A stretch of DNA of 64,000 nt from Giardia intestinalis (taxonomy: Eukaryota). Below, piece after piece: positions 36,261-46,362 of this stretch. Below the pieces are notes generated by a model, which saw only the letters and a list, made by a program, of their open reading frames with translations, was not told where the DNA came from and did no database searches. Numbering within the stretch: the first letter of the stretch is position 1; every line of letters begins with the position of its first letter. Made by a program: the position numbers and the translations under genes. The DNA lies in NCBI GenBank assembly GCA_000002435.2, contig CM018790.1. One strand, given 5' to 3'.

Positions 36261-38024
36261 ATGAGCATCCAGGACATGGCGCACGGCATCATACGGGAGT
36301 ATCTGAAGCTCCATGACTACACGGAGGCCTACGAAGCCTTTGAACGCGAAGCTATACATCGCGGAATCCCAAAGCTCTTCAGTAAGCGACTGGAGATACT
36401 CGAGGCTGTTGGGATCACTTCACAGTTCAGAGAGGAATTTGAGAAGAAGAAAAGGGGCGTCCCACATCTAGAAACCTCTTTGGAAGTGCTCATAAAGAGT
36501 TACAAAGAGGCGTCTGCAAGTGAAGAAAAGGAAGTGGCGCAAGCTCGCCGCGTCCGCCGTAAGCGGCCGCAAGGCATACATCGCACGATAGAAGAGACAG
36601 CAACGTCACAGCCAGAGGCACCACAGTTAGAAACTTTACTTTCCAAATATCAACCTTCTGAGGAGCCCGGTGAGCTCATCTCTCCACATCCTATTGTCTC
36701 AGTTAAGGATCACATTGCCGCTAATGGTGGCTTCCCGCTTTTCAAATCAGTCCTTTTCGGGGCCAAAAGACAAGCTACTATTCCAGATACTTGGTATCAA
36801 TCGCTCTTTTGTCTTTCGCTCTCACCAAAAACAAAGCCAAAGAAGACGAGCTTTTCTGTTTTGCATCCAAAGTCGTGGGCCATTCACCAGCGTGAGGGAG
36901 GTCCGTGCGGAGTCATTGCAGTTATTCAAGCGCGTGCGGCTAAATACCTATTTCATGGCGCAAAACCACGTGTTTTGGCCTCTGCTACCTTGATTCAAGC
37001 CCTAACCATTGGATTGCAAAACTTAGCAGCCGAGGATGTACCGGTCCCGTTTATCGAAGCAGTTCTGTCTGCCATTTATGACACTTTAGAACTGGTCCTG
37101 AAGCAGAGCCCTACAGGTCGTGCGTACTTAGTTGTTCCAGCTACTCACAGGGCATTTGCTAGAGATCTTCTGCAGCAGCTTTCGAGCGTAGCACCCTCAG
37201 ACACAGTTGCGCGGCAACAGTTACTGGGAGACATTCATGGTCGGCTAGGCCTGGCGCGAATAGTTGAAGAGATGGATGACTTTGAAGTCATTACAGCATC
37301 TTCCCCGGCGGAAATCCATGGTATTCTCTCTTCTCTCTTCTACCAGTTCTATGCAATTACAGCTTTCCCGTCTTCCTTTATCCCAGCCCTCGTTGTTTCG
37401 GTGATACTCACGAGAACGCTTCGTGAAATCGCAGTCACAGACTTTGATTCTTCAAATAATGGCAGCCATGGGCCTAGTACTGGGCTATCATCGGACAGCC
37501 TATTCACAAACATGAACAATGCGTCCATGGAATTGGTGAATCTTTTCATCCACGGGAAGGCAGTGGCTGGCACCCACGATGGGGTCGTTACCTGCGATGG
37601 TTTTACTCTAAAGGGCATTGACACACCAACAGATGTAGGCTTGCTTAGCATCTATGAATATTACAACTACCTCACGATAGGCGACAATCTGAAGTGGGGG
37701 GTTCTCTGTCCATGCTTTGTTTTATTCAACGAAGCACACTATACATCCCTCTTTCCTATTGACAAAGCAGCCATGGATACTATCTCTACTGGACTAGCAG
37801 ATCGCATGTTTGGTTCCAGAAAAGAGGTAGATGTGATTTATTCCGACTCCTTGGACGACCAATCGGAAGCTGTACGGCTTACGTTAACACTAGAGGGCCC
37901 TGTAACGTGCAAGAGAGAGGAGGACGGCATCAGGGACAAAAGCTTTGTCAACCAACTAATATACACGTTATTCGGCACGTCTATAGTCTCTATATCGTGG
38001 AACGGGGCAGAACCATACCTTTAA
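36261..38024 (+). CDS. MINDY-3/FAM188A-family (DUF4205) deubiquitinase-like cysteine protease, 587 aa, with a LisH-like N-terminal helix pair
   Basis: REGGPCGVIAVIQARAAKYLF matches the FAM188A catalytic-Cys region EGGPCAVIAPVQAFLLKKLLF. FIHGKAVAGTHDG...LKWGVLCPCFVLFNEAHYTSLF aligns to LLTGHAVSNVWDG...LKSPKFPIWIVGSETHLTVFF (the catalytic His region). N-terminal HGIIREYLKLHDYTEAYEAF resembles a LisH motif. Confidence 0.7.
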   Translation: MSIQDMAHGIIREYLKLHDYTEAYEAFEREAIHRGIPKLFSKRLEILEAVGITSQFREEFEKKKRGVPHLETSLEVLIKSYKEASASEEKEVAQARRVRRKRPQGIHRTIEETATSQPEAPQLETLLSKYQPSEEPGELISPHPIVSVKDHIAANGGFPLFKSVLFGAKRQATIPDTWYQSLFCLSLSPKTKPKKTSFSVLHPKSWAIHQREGGPCGVIAVIQARAAKYLFHGAKPRVLASATLIQALTIGLQNLAAEDVPVPFIEAVLSAIYDTLELVLKQSPTGRAYLVVPATHRAFARDLLQQLSSVAPSDTVARQQLLGDIHGRLGLARIVEEMDDFEVITASSPAEIHGILSSLFYQFYAITAFPSSFIPALVVSVILTRTLREIAVTDFDSSNNGSHGPSTGLSSDSLFTNMNNASMELVNLFIHGKAVAGTHDGVVTCDGFTLKGIDTPTDVGLLSIYEYYNYLTIGDNLKWGVLCPCFVLFNEAHYTSLFPIDKAAMDTISTGLADRMFGSRKEVDVIYSDSLDDQSEAVRLTLTLEGPVTCKREEDGIRDKSFVNQLIYTLFGTSIVSISWNGAEPYL

Positions 38025-38045
38025 TGGCACTGTGATTAGCAAGGC

Positions 38046-41000
38046 TTAGGAAACACACAAAGCAGGAATTCCAAAGCAATATGCTGTGTATATTTGCTCA
38101 CAGATAAGATCGGTTATCTCTAGCCTCTTGAAGTACTCGTACAATCTCAGTCGGCGGAGAACGCCGGACGACGGGCGCTCTTTATCTACACCAGAAAACG
38201 CTTCAACATGCTTGTGGACAAAGTACTTCAATATGCACATGATAGCTTCCATCGTCTCATACTGGTCAAAGTATTTTCGCTCGCACATGTCGATGATGTC
38301 CTTCATAAATATGCGGGACTTATAAAAGTAAATATTGAGTGTTTCGGTCGTTGGTTTCAATAGTTTTGGCAATTCCAGTGGCGTATACGCAAGCAGGCTT
38401 GGATCTTTTATAGTTTTGATGGAGTTAGAATGAGTCGAGGACACTTCCGATGAGCACAATAGAGGAGAAGAAACCCTGGAGGAGACCTTAGAGGACGTTA
38501 TGACAAGGCGCTTTCGTTCAAAGAAGGTCTTGAGCCCGCTGTCTATTCCCCCCACGCCCAGCATGCTACTCCTTCTGCTGTGGACGACAGACGCAGGAGC
38601 GGACAGGGATGTATCATCAAAGGATTCCAGATGATGCTCTGTGTACGCGTTACCCTCACGTGCGTCGTGTTTAGGGTGATGCACCTCTATGGAAGTAAGA
38701 TCCTCTAGAACATACCGGTCAACTTGCGAGTATAGATTGTCTCCTAGCGCGTGCGACAAGAACCTGTCGATCACCATCTGATACTTTCTCAGGTGAACGT
38801 GAATAGTGTTATAGATAATCACAGAAGCGTTGTGTGCAAGAACTTTGAGCTCCACTGTAGTAAAGTCCTTGTTATAAGGTTTTAGCTTCATGGGAAGCAG
38901 AAACCGGCCTAGAGAACAGATGGCAAGCACGTGTTTAAAGTAAAATGAGAGGTGAATGGCAAGCGTCACCAATTTAATGGAGAGGGAGTGCTGGATGTTC
39001 GTCTTGATTATGTGCAACAGGACTAAGATGAAGGGCTCAAAACGTGTCTTAAAGGCTGCGGTAGCTAGCTTTTCAATCCGTGCCCGCGACTTGACGTCCA
39101 CCTGGTACGACTTGCGCGAAAAACCCCCGACAGCCCTGATCACGAGGCTTTCAAATGCCAGATCAGACGGAAGCTTCTCGTTCCAATCAAACCCGTCCTC
39201 CTTCTTAAACAGGACAGTGGTTCCTTTGTGATAAGGAGTGAATTTGACCAGTGGGGCCATGTACGAGCTTTGAGAAAAGGGCAGAAGCTTTTCTATGATG
39301 GGAGTGGTTTTAGAAAGCTTCTCTGACCTCATAGACATCTCCTCCATATCCAGGGCAGACAACATATTGATGTACGTAAAACTTATCTTTATAGGAGAAG
39401 GCAAACTAATCAGCGTGCGCTCGTTAAGTGAAAACTTCGATTTAATGAGATGGTTCGGTCGAACAAAGGGCGATATGAGGTCGCCTGCCGTACAGAGGAC
39501 GGTCACATCAGTGACTGAATCGCAAATGGCACCGCCAGCATAATGCGCGAAATGGGACGCGGCAGAGTGGATGACATTCGAGTTAGACTTCGTTAATAGT
39601 TCATCGTTCAAGTGCGCAACAAGCCTGGCATAGTGTGCATTGATATCTATCAACGGAGTTGGGGCGGGAAAGTCAGCACTCGGGCCCGTTATCATTAGTC
39701 CGTGCGGCGTCTCGTGTAAGATGAGCCCCTTCAGCATCTTTCTGTTGGCAAACCAATAGTGGGAGATCTCGTTGAGTCGCTCAATGACCAAGTCGAGCTG
39801 ATGAAAACGGTTCTTGAAGCGGATCGCAGCACTTAACAACGTCAGGTAGATGTTATCTGACAAAAGAAGTGGACTGATCTCCCTGGCGTACAAGACCCCG
39901 TCCATGAGGATGAGAAAGACATAGAGGGCCTCTGGATCTTTGATTATAGTCATAAGTATTTCATAGGCCTCGTTATACACCACGCTCCTGGGTTTCACCA
40001 AGTACACCTTGTTATGAGTCTTTAGAAGCTGACGGAGTTTGTGGGGAGCAGAATCCGCCTCGCCCAGATCTGGGGAAAGGCTGGAGAGAAGCTGATCTTC
40101 TGTGATAACTGTGAAGTTGTTAGATTCAATATATTCCTCCAGTGACTGAACCGCATGGCTTACTGATAACTCTCCGCTTCCACCACAGGGCGCTTTATTC
40201 GAAAGGGTAGGGCAAACATGAGACCCCAGCATTACTATTTCCGAACCGCTGCTGCGGAAAGATGTCAAGGAAAAGTGGCGTAGCAGGCGCTGCAGCGTAT
40301 CGGAAATGTTCGTCATGTCCATGTAAATGCTCGTCCTGAAGTCGCCGGGCTCGGAAGCTGTAAAGATATAAAGTAGATTGACCAGTAGGGAGGACAGCGA
40401 AGCTATCAGTATCTTTTGTGCGTGGGGGTAGTAATATGAAAACATAGGATTGGATTCTAGGGACGATAGCAGGGAATATGCAAGCTGGGTGGTGTACGAG
40501 TCCTCCGAGTCCTCGATGAGACTGAGCTGCTCCTTTAAGAACTGAAGAAGATATATGCTTGTAATGATGCACGGATGGTAGATCGACTCATTGGCAAACG
40601 CCTCATCTAAGCGGTGTCTCTGTGTCTCGGGCGGGGGGATATACGAAGAGAGGAAGACGTCTTTGGTATCTGTAGAAGCTATGGAGTTGTAGGCTTCAAT
40701 TAGTCCCATAATGTGTTTGTAGTATCTCAATACAAGATCGTTGTAAGAAACAAACTTCAGCACATTCGAGGACGTAATAGCATCTGCACCGTCAAAGGAC
40801 GACCGAGTCCAGTCACACTCGACCATGATCGCTCGTTCAACGAAGACTTGGAGCACCTCGACAAGCTTCTTGAAGGCCTTGGTCTTCAGGAGAGCCACAA
40901 ATTGAGAACGATCGTTTTCAGTCTCCGTAGTGTACGAGTAACCATTTGCAATGAATGTCTCGGGCTTCTGAAGAAGGTATCCATACTTGTTGAGGCTCTG

Positions 41001-42665
41001 CTTAAAGTGGACCCCGATAAGCTGAATAAAAGAAAGGCACTGATTGTCACCATAGATTGCCCTGCCGGTCCTCGCGCGGGCGACCTTATCACGGAAGTCG
41101 CTGATACGGCTGGGCGTCTGCTGTATCTGCTTTATATGAATGTTAGAAAGGACGTCACCGATGAGCGCAGAAGTGAAGGATATCCGCCGTGAGTTGACAT
41201 AATTCTCGTAAATAGTTTGTGAGAAGAATGGAGATATCAAGTCGTCCAGATCTACGTCGTACAAATGATAAGGATAGGTCAAGTTTCCTGTGTAGTGAGC
41301 GGCAAACTGCTTCGTAAGTTGGCAGTGCAATCGAAAGTTGTGTATTTCCTGATTATAGGACCCGTCTGGATTGTAAATCTTCAGTGCCTTAAAGAACCGG
41401 AGGGGATCGATACTGCAGCACTTTATGAGAAAAGACCGAAGCTTACTGTATGGCTTGGCGAGCGCACGGATGCATTCACCAATAGGTACTAACTCCAAAA
41501 CAATCTCGTGAGGAAACCGGCCATTAGGATGAACTGTGGGTTGATATCGCGAATCCATGTCGGCGTAGTCACACTGGAAAAGCTCTCCTAACGTGTCTAT
41601 GCCTGAAAGCCCTGCAGACTGGTTGTTGTTCTCACCAGGCGCAATGTTTCCGCTGTTTGGCAGGGCAGATGTAAGTGGGTTGTCTGGTGCGGTAGGAGTA
41701 TTCATTGAAGGAGCTCCTGGAGTGCCCTCAGGCCAATAAACGTGATCGAGCGCTTCGATAGACATATCCTCCATAGGAGTTATAGAATCCATCTTGGACT
41801 CTAAAGCTAGCTCACGCAGGTCGGGGGTTGGCGGAGCAACAGTGACAGGAGTTGCGAGCCGAACCCCGATATCTTGAAGGCTCACTGAGAGTGACAGATG
41901 TGGGGACCCTTTCGAGGCGCCCATAGTTGTCCCTATAAGTGTGGCTTTGGCCTTAGATTGCAATATAGTAGACTGAGAGGGTCTGTCAAAAGACGTTTTC
42001 ATGCGATAAATTCTCAAACGCACGGAAGAATACAGCTTGATATAATATTCTAATATCCTCTGGTAGTGGCTTCGTGCAACTTTTTGTTCGCCTGATTCAT
42101 CCTTCTCCAGCCTGCAGCAATAGCCGGAAGAAAACTCAAGCAGCTCCTCCACAAGCTTCTCACAGAGGAAGCGCTGCATTTGGCGCGAGTAGCAGTGGAG
42201 AAACTCAATGAAAACGTAAGGACTGTTGTGCTCAAAGAAGAGCATAGAGATCTGGTGGCAGGGCATAGACCCGTGATTACGAAGGTAGATCCTGATAGAG
42301 TCGTTAAACCGCGGAAGATCCAGAGGAGGAATCGGCTTGACGAAGATACCGTCCACAGCGGGTGGCATAAATGTCTCAATGGGGAACACGTACGACTTTC
42401 TTTTGCTCTTCCCATGTATAACCTTGTAGAGACGATTAGTGCGCAGGTAGTGACGCGCAGTTTTTGAGACGAGGGGATTGTCCGATGTGACAAGGGCAGA
42501 AAGACCCTCGATGTCTCTCGCATCAGACATACACTTCAGAACGCGCTGGATCAGTGCGGGTTCAGCATCACCTGTCTGCACGAGCAGCAAATCGTCAATG
42601 TTGTAGGGCGCTGGTCGACTCATGAGCAAAATAGTTTTTTCGTTCGCTTCGGCCACTTTCACCAT
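38046..42665 (-). CDS. large hypothetical protein, 1539 aa, no recognisable domain
   Basis: Uninterrupted 4.6-kb ORF. It converges on the previous gene with a 21-bp spacer. A 45-bp A/T-rich divergent spacer separates its ATG from the ORF at 42711. Confidence 0.7.
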   Translation of the reverse strand: MVKVAEANEKTILLMSRPAPYNIDDLLLVQTGDAEPALIQRVLKCMSDARDIEGLSALVTSDNPLVSKTARHYLRTNRLYKVIHGKSKRKSYVFPIETFMPPAVDGIFVKPIPPLDLPRFNDSIRIYLRNHGSMPCHQISMLFFEHNSPYVFIEFLHCYSRQMQRFLCEKLVEELLEFSSGYCCRLEKDESGEQKVARSHYQRILEYYIKLYSSVRLRIYRMKTSFDRPSQSTILQSKAKATLIGTTMGASKGSPHLSLSVSLQDIGVRLATPVTVAPPTPDLRELALESKMDSITPMEDMSIEALDHVYWPEGTPGAPSMNTPTAPDNPLTSALPNSGNIAPGENNNQSAGLSGIDTLGELFQCDYADMDSRYQPTVHPNGRFPHEIVLELVPIGECIRALAKPYSKLRSFLIKCCSIDPLRFFKALKIYNPDGSYNQEIHNFRLHCQLTKQFAAHYTGNLTYPYHLYDVDLDDLISPFFSQTIYENYVNSRRISFTSALIGDVLSNIHIKQIQQTPSRISDFRDKVARARTGRAIYGDNQCLSFIQLIGVHFKQSLNKYGYLLQKPETFIANGYSYTTETENDRSQFVALLKTKAFKKLVEVLQVFVERAIMVECDWTRSSFDGADAITSSNVLKFVSYNDLVLRYYKHIMGLIEAYNSIASTDTKDVFLSSYIPPPETQRHRLDEAFANESIYHPCIITSIYLLQFLKEQLSLIEDSEDSYTTQLAYSLLSSLESNPMFSYYYPHAQKILIASLSSLLVNLLYIFTASEPGDFRTSIYMDMTNISDTLQRLLRHFSLTSFRSSGSEIVMLGSHVCPTLSNKAPCGGSGELSVSHAVQSLEEYIESNNFTVITEDQLLSSLSPDLGEADSAPHKLRQLLKTHNKVYLVKPRSVVYNEAYEILMTIIKDPEALYVFLILMDGVLYAREISPLLLSDNIYLTLLSAAIRFKNRFHQLDLVIERLNEISHYWFANRKMLKGLILHETPHGLMITGPSADFPAPTPLIDINAHYARLVAHLNDELLTKSNSNVIHSAASHFAHYAGGAICDSVTDVTVLCTAGDLISPFVRPNHLIKSKFSLNERTLISLPSPIKISFTYINMLSALDMEEMSMRSEKLSKTTPIIEKLLPFSQSSYMAPLVKFTPYHKGTTVLFKKEDGFDWNEKLPSDLAFESLVIRAVGGFSRKSYQVDVKSRARIEKLATAAFKTRFEPFILVLLHIIKTNIQHSLSIKLVTLAIHLSFYFKHVLAICSLGRFLLPMKLKPYNKDFTTVELKVLAHNASVIIYNTIHVHLRKYQMVIDRFLSHALGDNLYSQVDRYVLEDLTSIEVHHPKHDAREGNAYTEHHLESFDDTSLSAPASVVHSRRSSMLGVGGIDSGLKTFFERKRLVITSSKVSSRVSSPLLCSSEVSSTHSNSIKTIKDPSLLAYTPLELPKLLKPTTETLNIYFYKSRIFMKDIIDMCERKYFDQYETMEAIMCILKYFVHKHVEAFSGVDKERPSSGVLRRLRLYEYFKRLEITDLICEQIYTAYCFGIPALCVS

Positions 42666-42710
42666 TCCTGTCCTGCTATTTTTAATAAAGATACGCTAAA
42701 GCAAAATTTA

Positions 42711-42899
42711 ATGTCTACTCCGGAGAACCCGGAACAGCTTGCCGAGTCGATCCAGACGCTGCTACTAAACATAAAGCACCAGCAGGAGCAGGCTACAGTT
42801 CGCGTGAGCTCCGCTTTGGACGACATTTTGAGTCGTATTGACGCTCTCGATCAAAATATATCCCATCTTCTTGAAACAGTGAGCGCAGATGGAAAGTAA
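42711..42899 (+). CDS. possible small coiled-coil protein, 62 aa
   Basis: Start context gcaaaatttaATG. Its stop TAA (42897-42899) is embedded in AGTAAAT (42895-42901). The sequence is amphipathic-helix-like (LAESIQTLLLNIKHQQEQATV...LDDILSRIDALDQNISHLLE). It overlaps the next ORF by 11 bp in the +1 frame. Confidence 0.3.
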   Translation: MSTPENPEQLAESIQTLLLNIKHQQEQATVRVSSALDDILSRIDALDQNISHLLETVSADGK

Positions 42900-43665
42900 A
42901 TGCCGGCAGGCACTTCTTGACGGCGTATACAACGTGGGGTACGCAACACCTGCCAGTATAGCCACGGCGACGGGGTCCACAGAGGCTGCTGCGTATGCGG
43001 TTCTCTCTGCAGCCACTTCTCCCAAGGAATATTCCCTGCTGATAATTTCGTCGGAGTGCGGGGAGCATGGGATGGTGCTTCGACTTTCGCTTTATCCTTC
43101 AATGAAGGACTCGGGGATCTCAGAGGAAGCCGCCCCCCGTGCTCTTGCGGCAGTGTCTCACTCGTTCATAAGACTTTACGATGAGGAACCGTCAAATGTA
43201 TGGAGCGCAATTGTGACGAAAGAGTGCGGAGAAATGATGACAGATCCTACCTATGGGATGCTGTATGCGAGAATCACAACAGACGAAATAAGAAGCGCCA
43301 TGGAGGCCCGCAATGAACGGCTCCAGCTGACAGATAACGATCTTGTTCGCTACTCTCGTGAGCTTTTCTATGCAGTGGTCAACTCGGATGCACGTCGCGA
43401 AGCACACGCTGAAGAAGCACAGCCTCACTTTTGTTCGTCTACAGAGCCCCTTACATCGATAGATGAACCGCTAATCAAGAAGACGGCCTTGCAGGGAATC
43501 TCACCTACTGTAGTTTCAAGCTTGGCTATTACTGAAGATGGGTCATTGGAAACTGTGCACAAAGAGGTGGTTGTATCTCACTGTGCTAAGCCAAAGGTGA
43601 AGGCAAAGCAAAAGCCCGCTGCGTGCGACATAATGTCATTTGTGAAGAGGCGAGATCCCAACTGA
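42889..43665 (+). CDS. hypothetical protein, 258 aa
   Basis: ORF beginning ATGGAAAGTAAATGC. No recognisable domain. Several short antisense ORFs overlap it and are judged spurious. Confidence 0.5.
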   Translation: MESKCRQALLDGVYNVGYATPASIATATGSTEAAAYAVLSAATSPKEYSLLIISSECGEHGMVLRLSLYPSMKDSGISEEAAPRALAAVSHSFIRLYDEEPSNVWSAIVTKECGEMMTDPTYGMLYARITTDEIRSAMEARNERLQLTDNDLVRYSRELFYAVVNSDARREAHAEEAQPHFCSSTEPLTSIDEPLIKKTALQGISPTVVSSLAITEDGSLETVHKEVVVSHCAKPKVKAKQKPAACDIMSFVKRRDPN

Positions 43666-43708
43666 TGACCTTATTAAGACTGTAAATAGGCAATCTAGTG
43701 ATTTATCG

Positions 43709-44311
43709 ATGAGCCTTGCACGTCAGATCACAGAGATAAAGCGCGAGGGCCAGTTTCTTATGCAGCTCTCGAGCCACTATGAACACATCGTTGCCCATAT
43801 GACATACGAATGCATCTTCTTCATGGCTTTACTGTTTGACGCATATATCGTCATTACGGAATCAAAGCTAATAACGACCGCCGTGCGTTACTATTTCCCG
43901 ATCCACATTCTCATATTCAACGCTCTGATTTCATTTTCCTCAGGGGTCTACCTTAGCTTTTCGTCCATGCTGATTATTCGAGCCAAAGGTCCCGAGGAGA
44001 TGATTCTCTCACTCAGGAACTACATTATCACCACTGTCCTGCTTCAGCACACAAAGTATCCACTCGTGCTCCTTGCAGGAAGCATGCTGTGGGGGTTTGT
44101 TACATGGAAATATCTACACGTAGCACTCGGACTCAGCCTTATAATTGCCATTGTGATCACCCTGTGCTCTTACGCCTTGGGAGTTCTCTGTGCGCTCTTG
44201 TTTGTTATTCCAGGTGACCAATGGGAAGAGTATACAAAAAGCATCGTAACTTTCTTGAAGCAGGTGTGGAAGAAGATCAGAAGACGGTGTAGAAGGTGCA
44301 CAAGGCGCTGA
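43709..44311 (+). CDS. small polytopic membrane protein, 200 aa, with 4-5 predicted TM helices and a basic RRRCRRCTRR C-terminus
   Basis: Hydrophobic stretches FFMALLFDAYIVI, FPIHILIFNALISFSSGVYLSFSSMLII, YPLVLLAGSMLWGFVTW and LGLSLIIAIVITLCSYALGVLCALLFVIPG. Confidence 0.5.
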   Translation: MSLARQITEIKREGQFLMQLSSHYEHIVAHMTYECIFFMALLFDAYIVITESKLITTAVRYYFPIHILIFNALISFSSGVYLSFSSMLIIRAKGPEEMILSLRNYIITTVLLQHTKYPLVLLAGSMLWGFVTWKYLHVALGLSLIIAIVITLCSYALGVLCALLFVIPGDQWEEYTKSIVTFLKQVWKKIRRRCRRCTRR

Positions 44312-44351
44312 GCTGTTGTGGAATAATCGCGGAACAGAACGTAAACTAAAA

Positions 44352-46325
44352 ATGGATAGAGACGCAATAGAGTGGTTTAAGGCAGTAAAGTACAGCAACA
44401 TAAACTATATAACGAAGCACCTAAATGAAATGTACGATGTGCGGGATGAAAATGGCAACACAGGCCTTATGCACGCAGCCTTCTATGGTAATGTGGCCGT
44501 GGTTCAGCTCTTGGTAGAGAAGAGTGCTAGGCTGCTTAATCTCGCCAGAAAGACGGCCCTGATGCAATGCGTGTGCTCCGATTACAGCTTAGGCAGAGCT
44601 TCAATCCCTGACATCGTGAACATCCTTCGGAGACTGGAAGCCGGCATTTCCGATGAACGTGGGTGCACGGCATTAATGATGGCTGCAGAACGTGGCGACG
44701 TGAGATCTGTCGCCGCTCTGGTCGAGTATGAGCATGGCCAGAAGGACTCCCGAGGTCGCACGGCGTTGATGTACGCAGCATCTTTTGGAAAGGCAGAGTG
44801 CATCCCAGCTCTTTTGGTTGAAACAGCAGAAATAGATAATAAAGGCATGACAGCTTTGATGTTTGCTGCCTATGGAAATAGTGTCCCGATAATCCGGCAA
44901 CTGATTCGGTACGAAGCGCGAAGAAAAAACAAGAATAACGAGACTGCCCTTATAATCGCCATTCGCCAAGGACGTGAAGAAGCGGTCTCAGAGCTTGCTG
45001 CGCATGAAAAGGACATTTACTACGGCTCGATATCTCCGTACCAATTTGCCGTTAATTCCCAACAACTTGCGTCTGCAGATATTCTTAGGCCCCACAACGT
45101 GCCCGTTCCAACCTTTATGTCAACTACTAGGCCTCTCCAGGGATCGACAGTGACCGAGAAAACAAGTGTGGGGGAAGGTGCTTTAGAATTGACGACTCGT
45201 CCCAACCTACAGCAATCAGATCAAACCGAAGCCTTAGAGAACCTCCAGCTCCATATTAATACGCTGCGGCAAAAGGTTGATGCAATAATAATAGAAATGA
45301 CTCGGTCCACACCCCCTTCTGCAAACACTGACAGTTCTCAGAAAGGTATCTTCCTTCAGCGACAGTTATCGGAACAAGATAGAGACATCGGGCAACTTAA
45401 GGCGGCTTTAGAGCGCTCTCAAATGGAGATACAGGCTTTAACAGACTCCCATGCAACTCTCATGAAACGGATAGCAGAGGCAGAAAAGAGCGCAGCAGGT
45501 GCACAGATCCAACTCGCACTCGGCGCGGCTGGAGAGCAAACAAACAGCAATCTCATAGGTCATCTAGGGGTACTTAGCGAATCTATAAGTAGCATGGACA
45601 CTAAAAATAGAGAAGAGCACAGAGACTTTGCAGCAAAATTGGGTTCACTCCACGCAAGCCTGACTCAGGCTGTGCAAGTATCATCGAGTCAGGCCGAAGA
45701 AATAGCGTCTCTGCGAGACCGTCTCACCTGTCTTCAGGAGGAAGTGCTTAAGCTATCCATTAATACGCACGATGCTGCAACGAAGATCTCAGGCTATTCG
45801 AAGGCTCTGGAAATGAAGATTCTCAATTTGGAGGCACGACTGGGTCAGAGCAATGTGTCCTCTTTTTCCACAGCCCACTTACATACAGAGTCATCTATAA
45901 GCAGGGCCATCAACCATTTGCATGAAGAGCTTCAGGTAATCAAAAGATCCATAGAGAATGTCTCACAGACCCTTATTACATCCCATGGGATCACCATACA
46001 AAACTTAGATACCTTGTCGTCAACGCATTCTATGTTTGTTGCTAACTATCCAATCCACAAAAGCATGCAGAATGAGGCAAAGCTATTTGAAGAGTTGCAG
46101 AACAAGATTGTGCGAATTGAGCATTATATGGAGGACATGATGCGTGAGGACAGACTATCGGCCATTATGACGGGCTTTATAGAGCTCAACAGCCGGGTCG
46201 ATCAACTTGTCATAGACCAGGCCAAGAGCCACTCTGCAAATTTGCCCGGAAGGGTAGACGAGGTAGAGCGTACGCTGGATGCCATCTTAACCGTGTTGAA
46301 TCTTGCTCCTGAAGAGGCGTCCTAG
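44352..46325 (+). CDS. ankyrin-repeat protein with a C-terminal coiled coil (Protein 21.1-like), about 657 aa
   Basis: ANK repeats such as GNTGLMHAAFYGNVAVVQLLV, GCTALMMAAERGDVRSVAALV and GRTALMYAASFGKAECIPALL. The C-terminal half is a heptad-rich coiled coil. ATG 44352 was chosen for its aaactaaaaATG context. The alternative ATG at 44316 lies 4 bp after the upstream stop. Confidence 0.8.
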   Translation: MDRDAIEWFKAVKYSNINYITKHLNEMYDVRDENGNTGLMHAAFYGNVAVVQLLVEKSARLLNLARKTALMQCVCSDYSLGRASIPDIVNILRRLEAGISDERGCTALMMAAERGDVRSVAALVEYEHGQKDSRGRTALMYAASFGKAECIPALLVETAEIDNKGMTALMFAAYGNSVPIIRQLIRYEARRKNKNNETALIIAIRQGREEAVSELAAHEKDIYYGSISPYQFAVNSQQLASADILRPHNVPVPTFMSTTRPLQGSTVTEKTSVGEGALELTTRPNLQQSDQTEALENLQLHINTLRQKVDAIIIEMTRSTPPSANTDSSQKGIFLQRQLSEQDRDIGQLKAALERSQMEIQALTDSHATLMKRIAEAEKSAAGAQIQLALGAAGEQTNSNLIGHLGVLSESISSMDTKNREEHRDFAAKLGSLHASLTQAVQVSSSQAEEIASLRDRLTCLQEEVLKLSINTHDAATKISGYSKALEMKILNLEARLGQSNVSSFSTAHLHTESSISRAINHLHEELQVIKRSIENVSQTLITSHGITIQNLDTLSSTHSMFVANYPIHKSMQNEAKLFEELQNKIVRIEHYMEDMMREDRLSAIMTGFIELNSRVDQLVIDQAKSHSANLPGRVDEVERTLDAILTVLNLAPEEAS

Positions 46326-46362
46326 CGTCTTGGGGACTCGGCGGAAAAACAAAAAAAGACAG

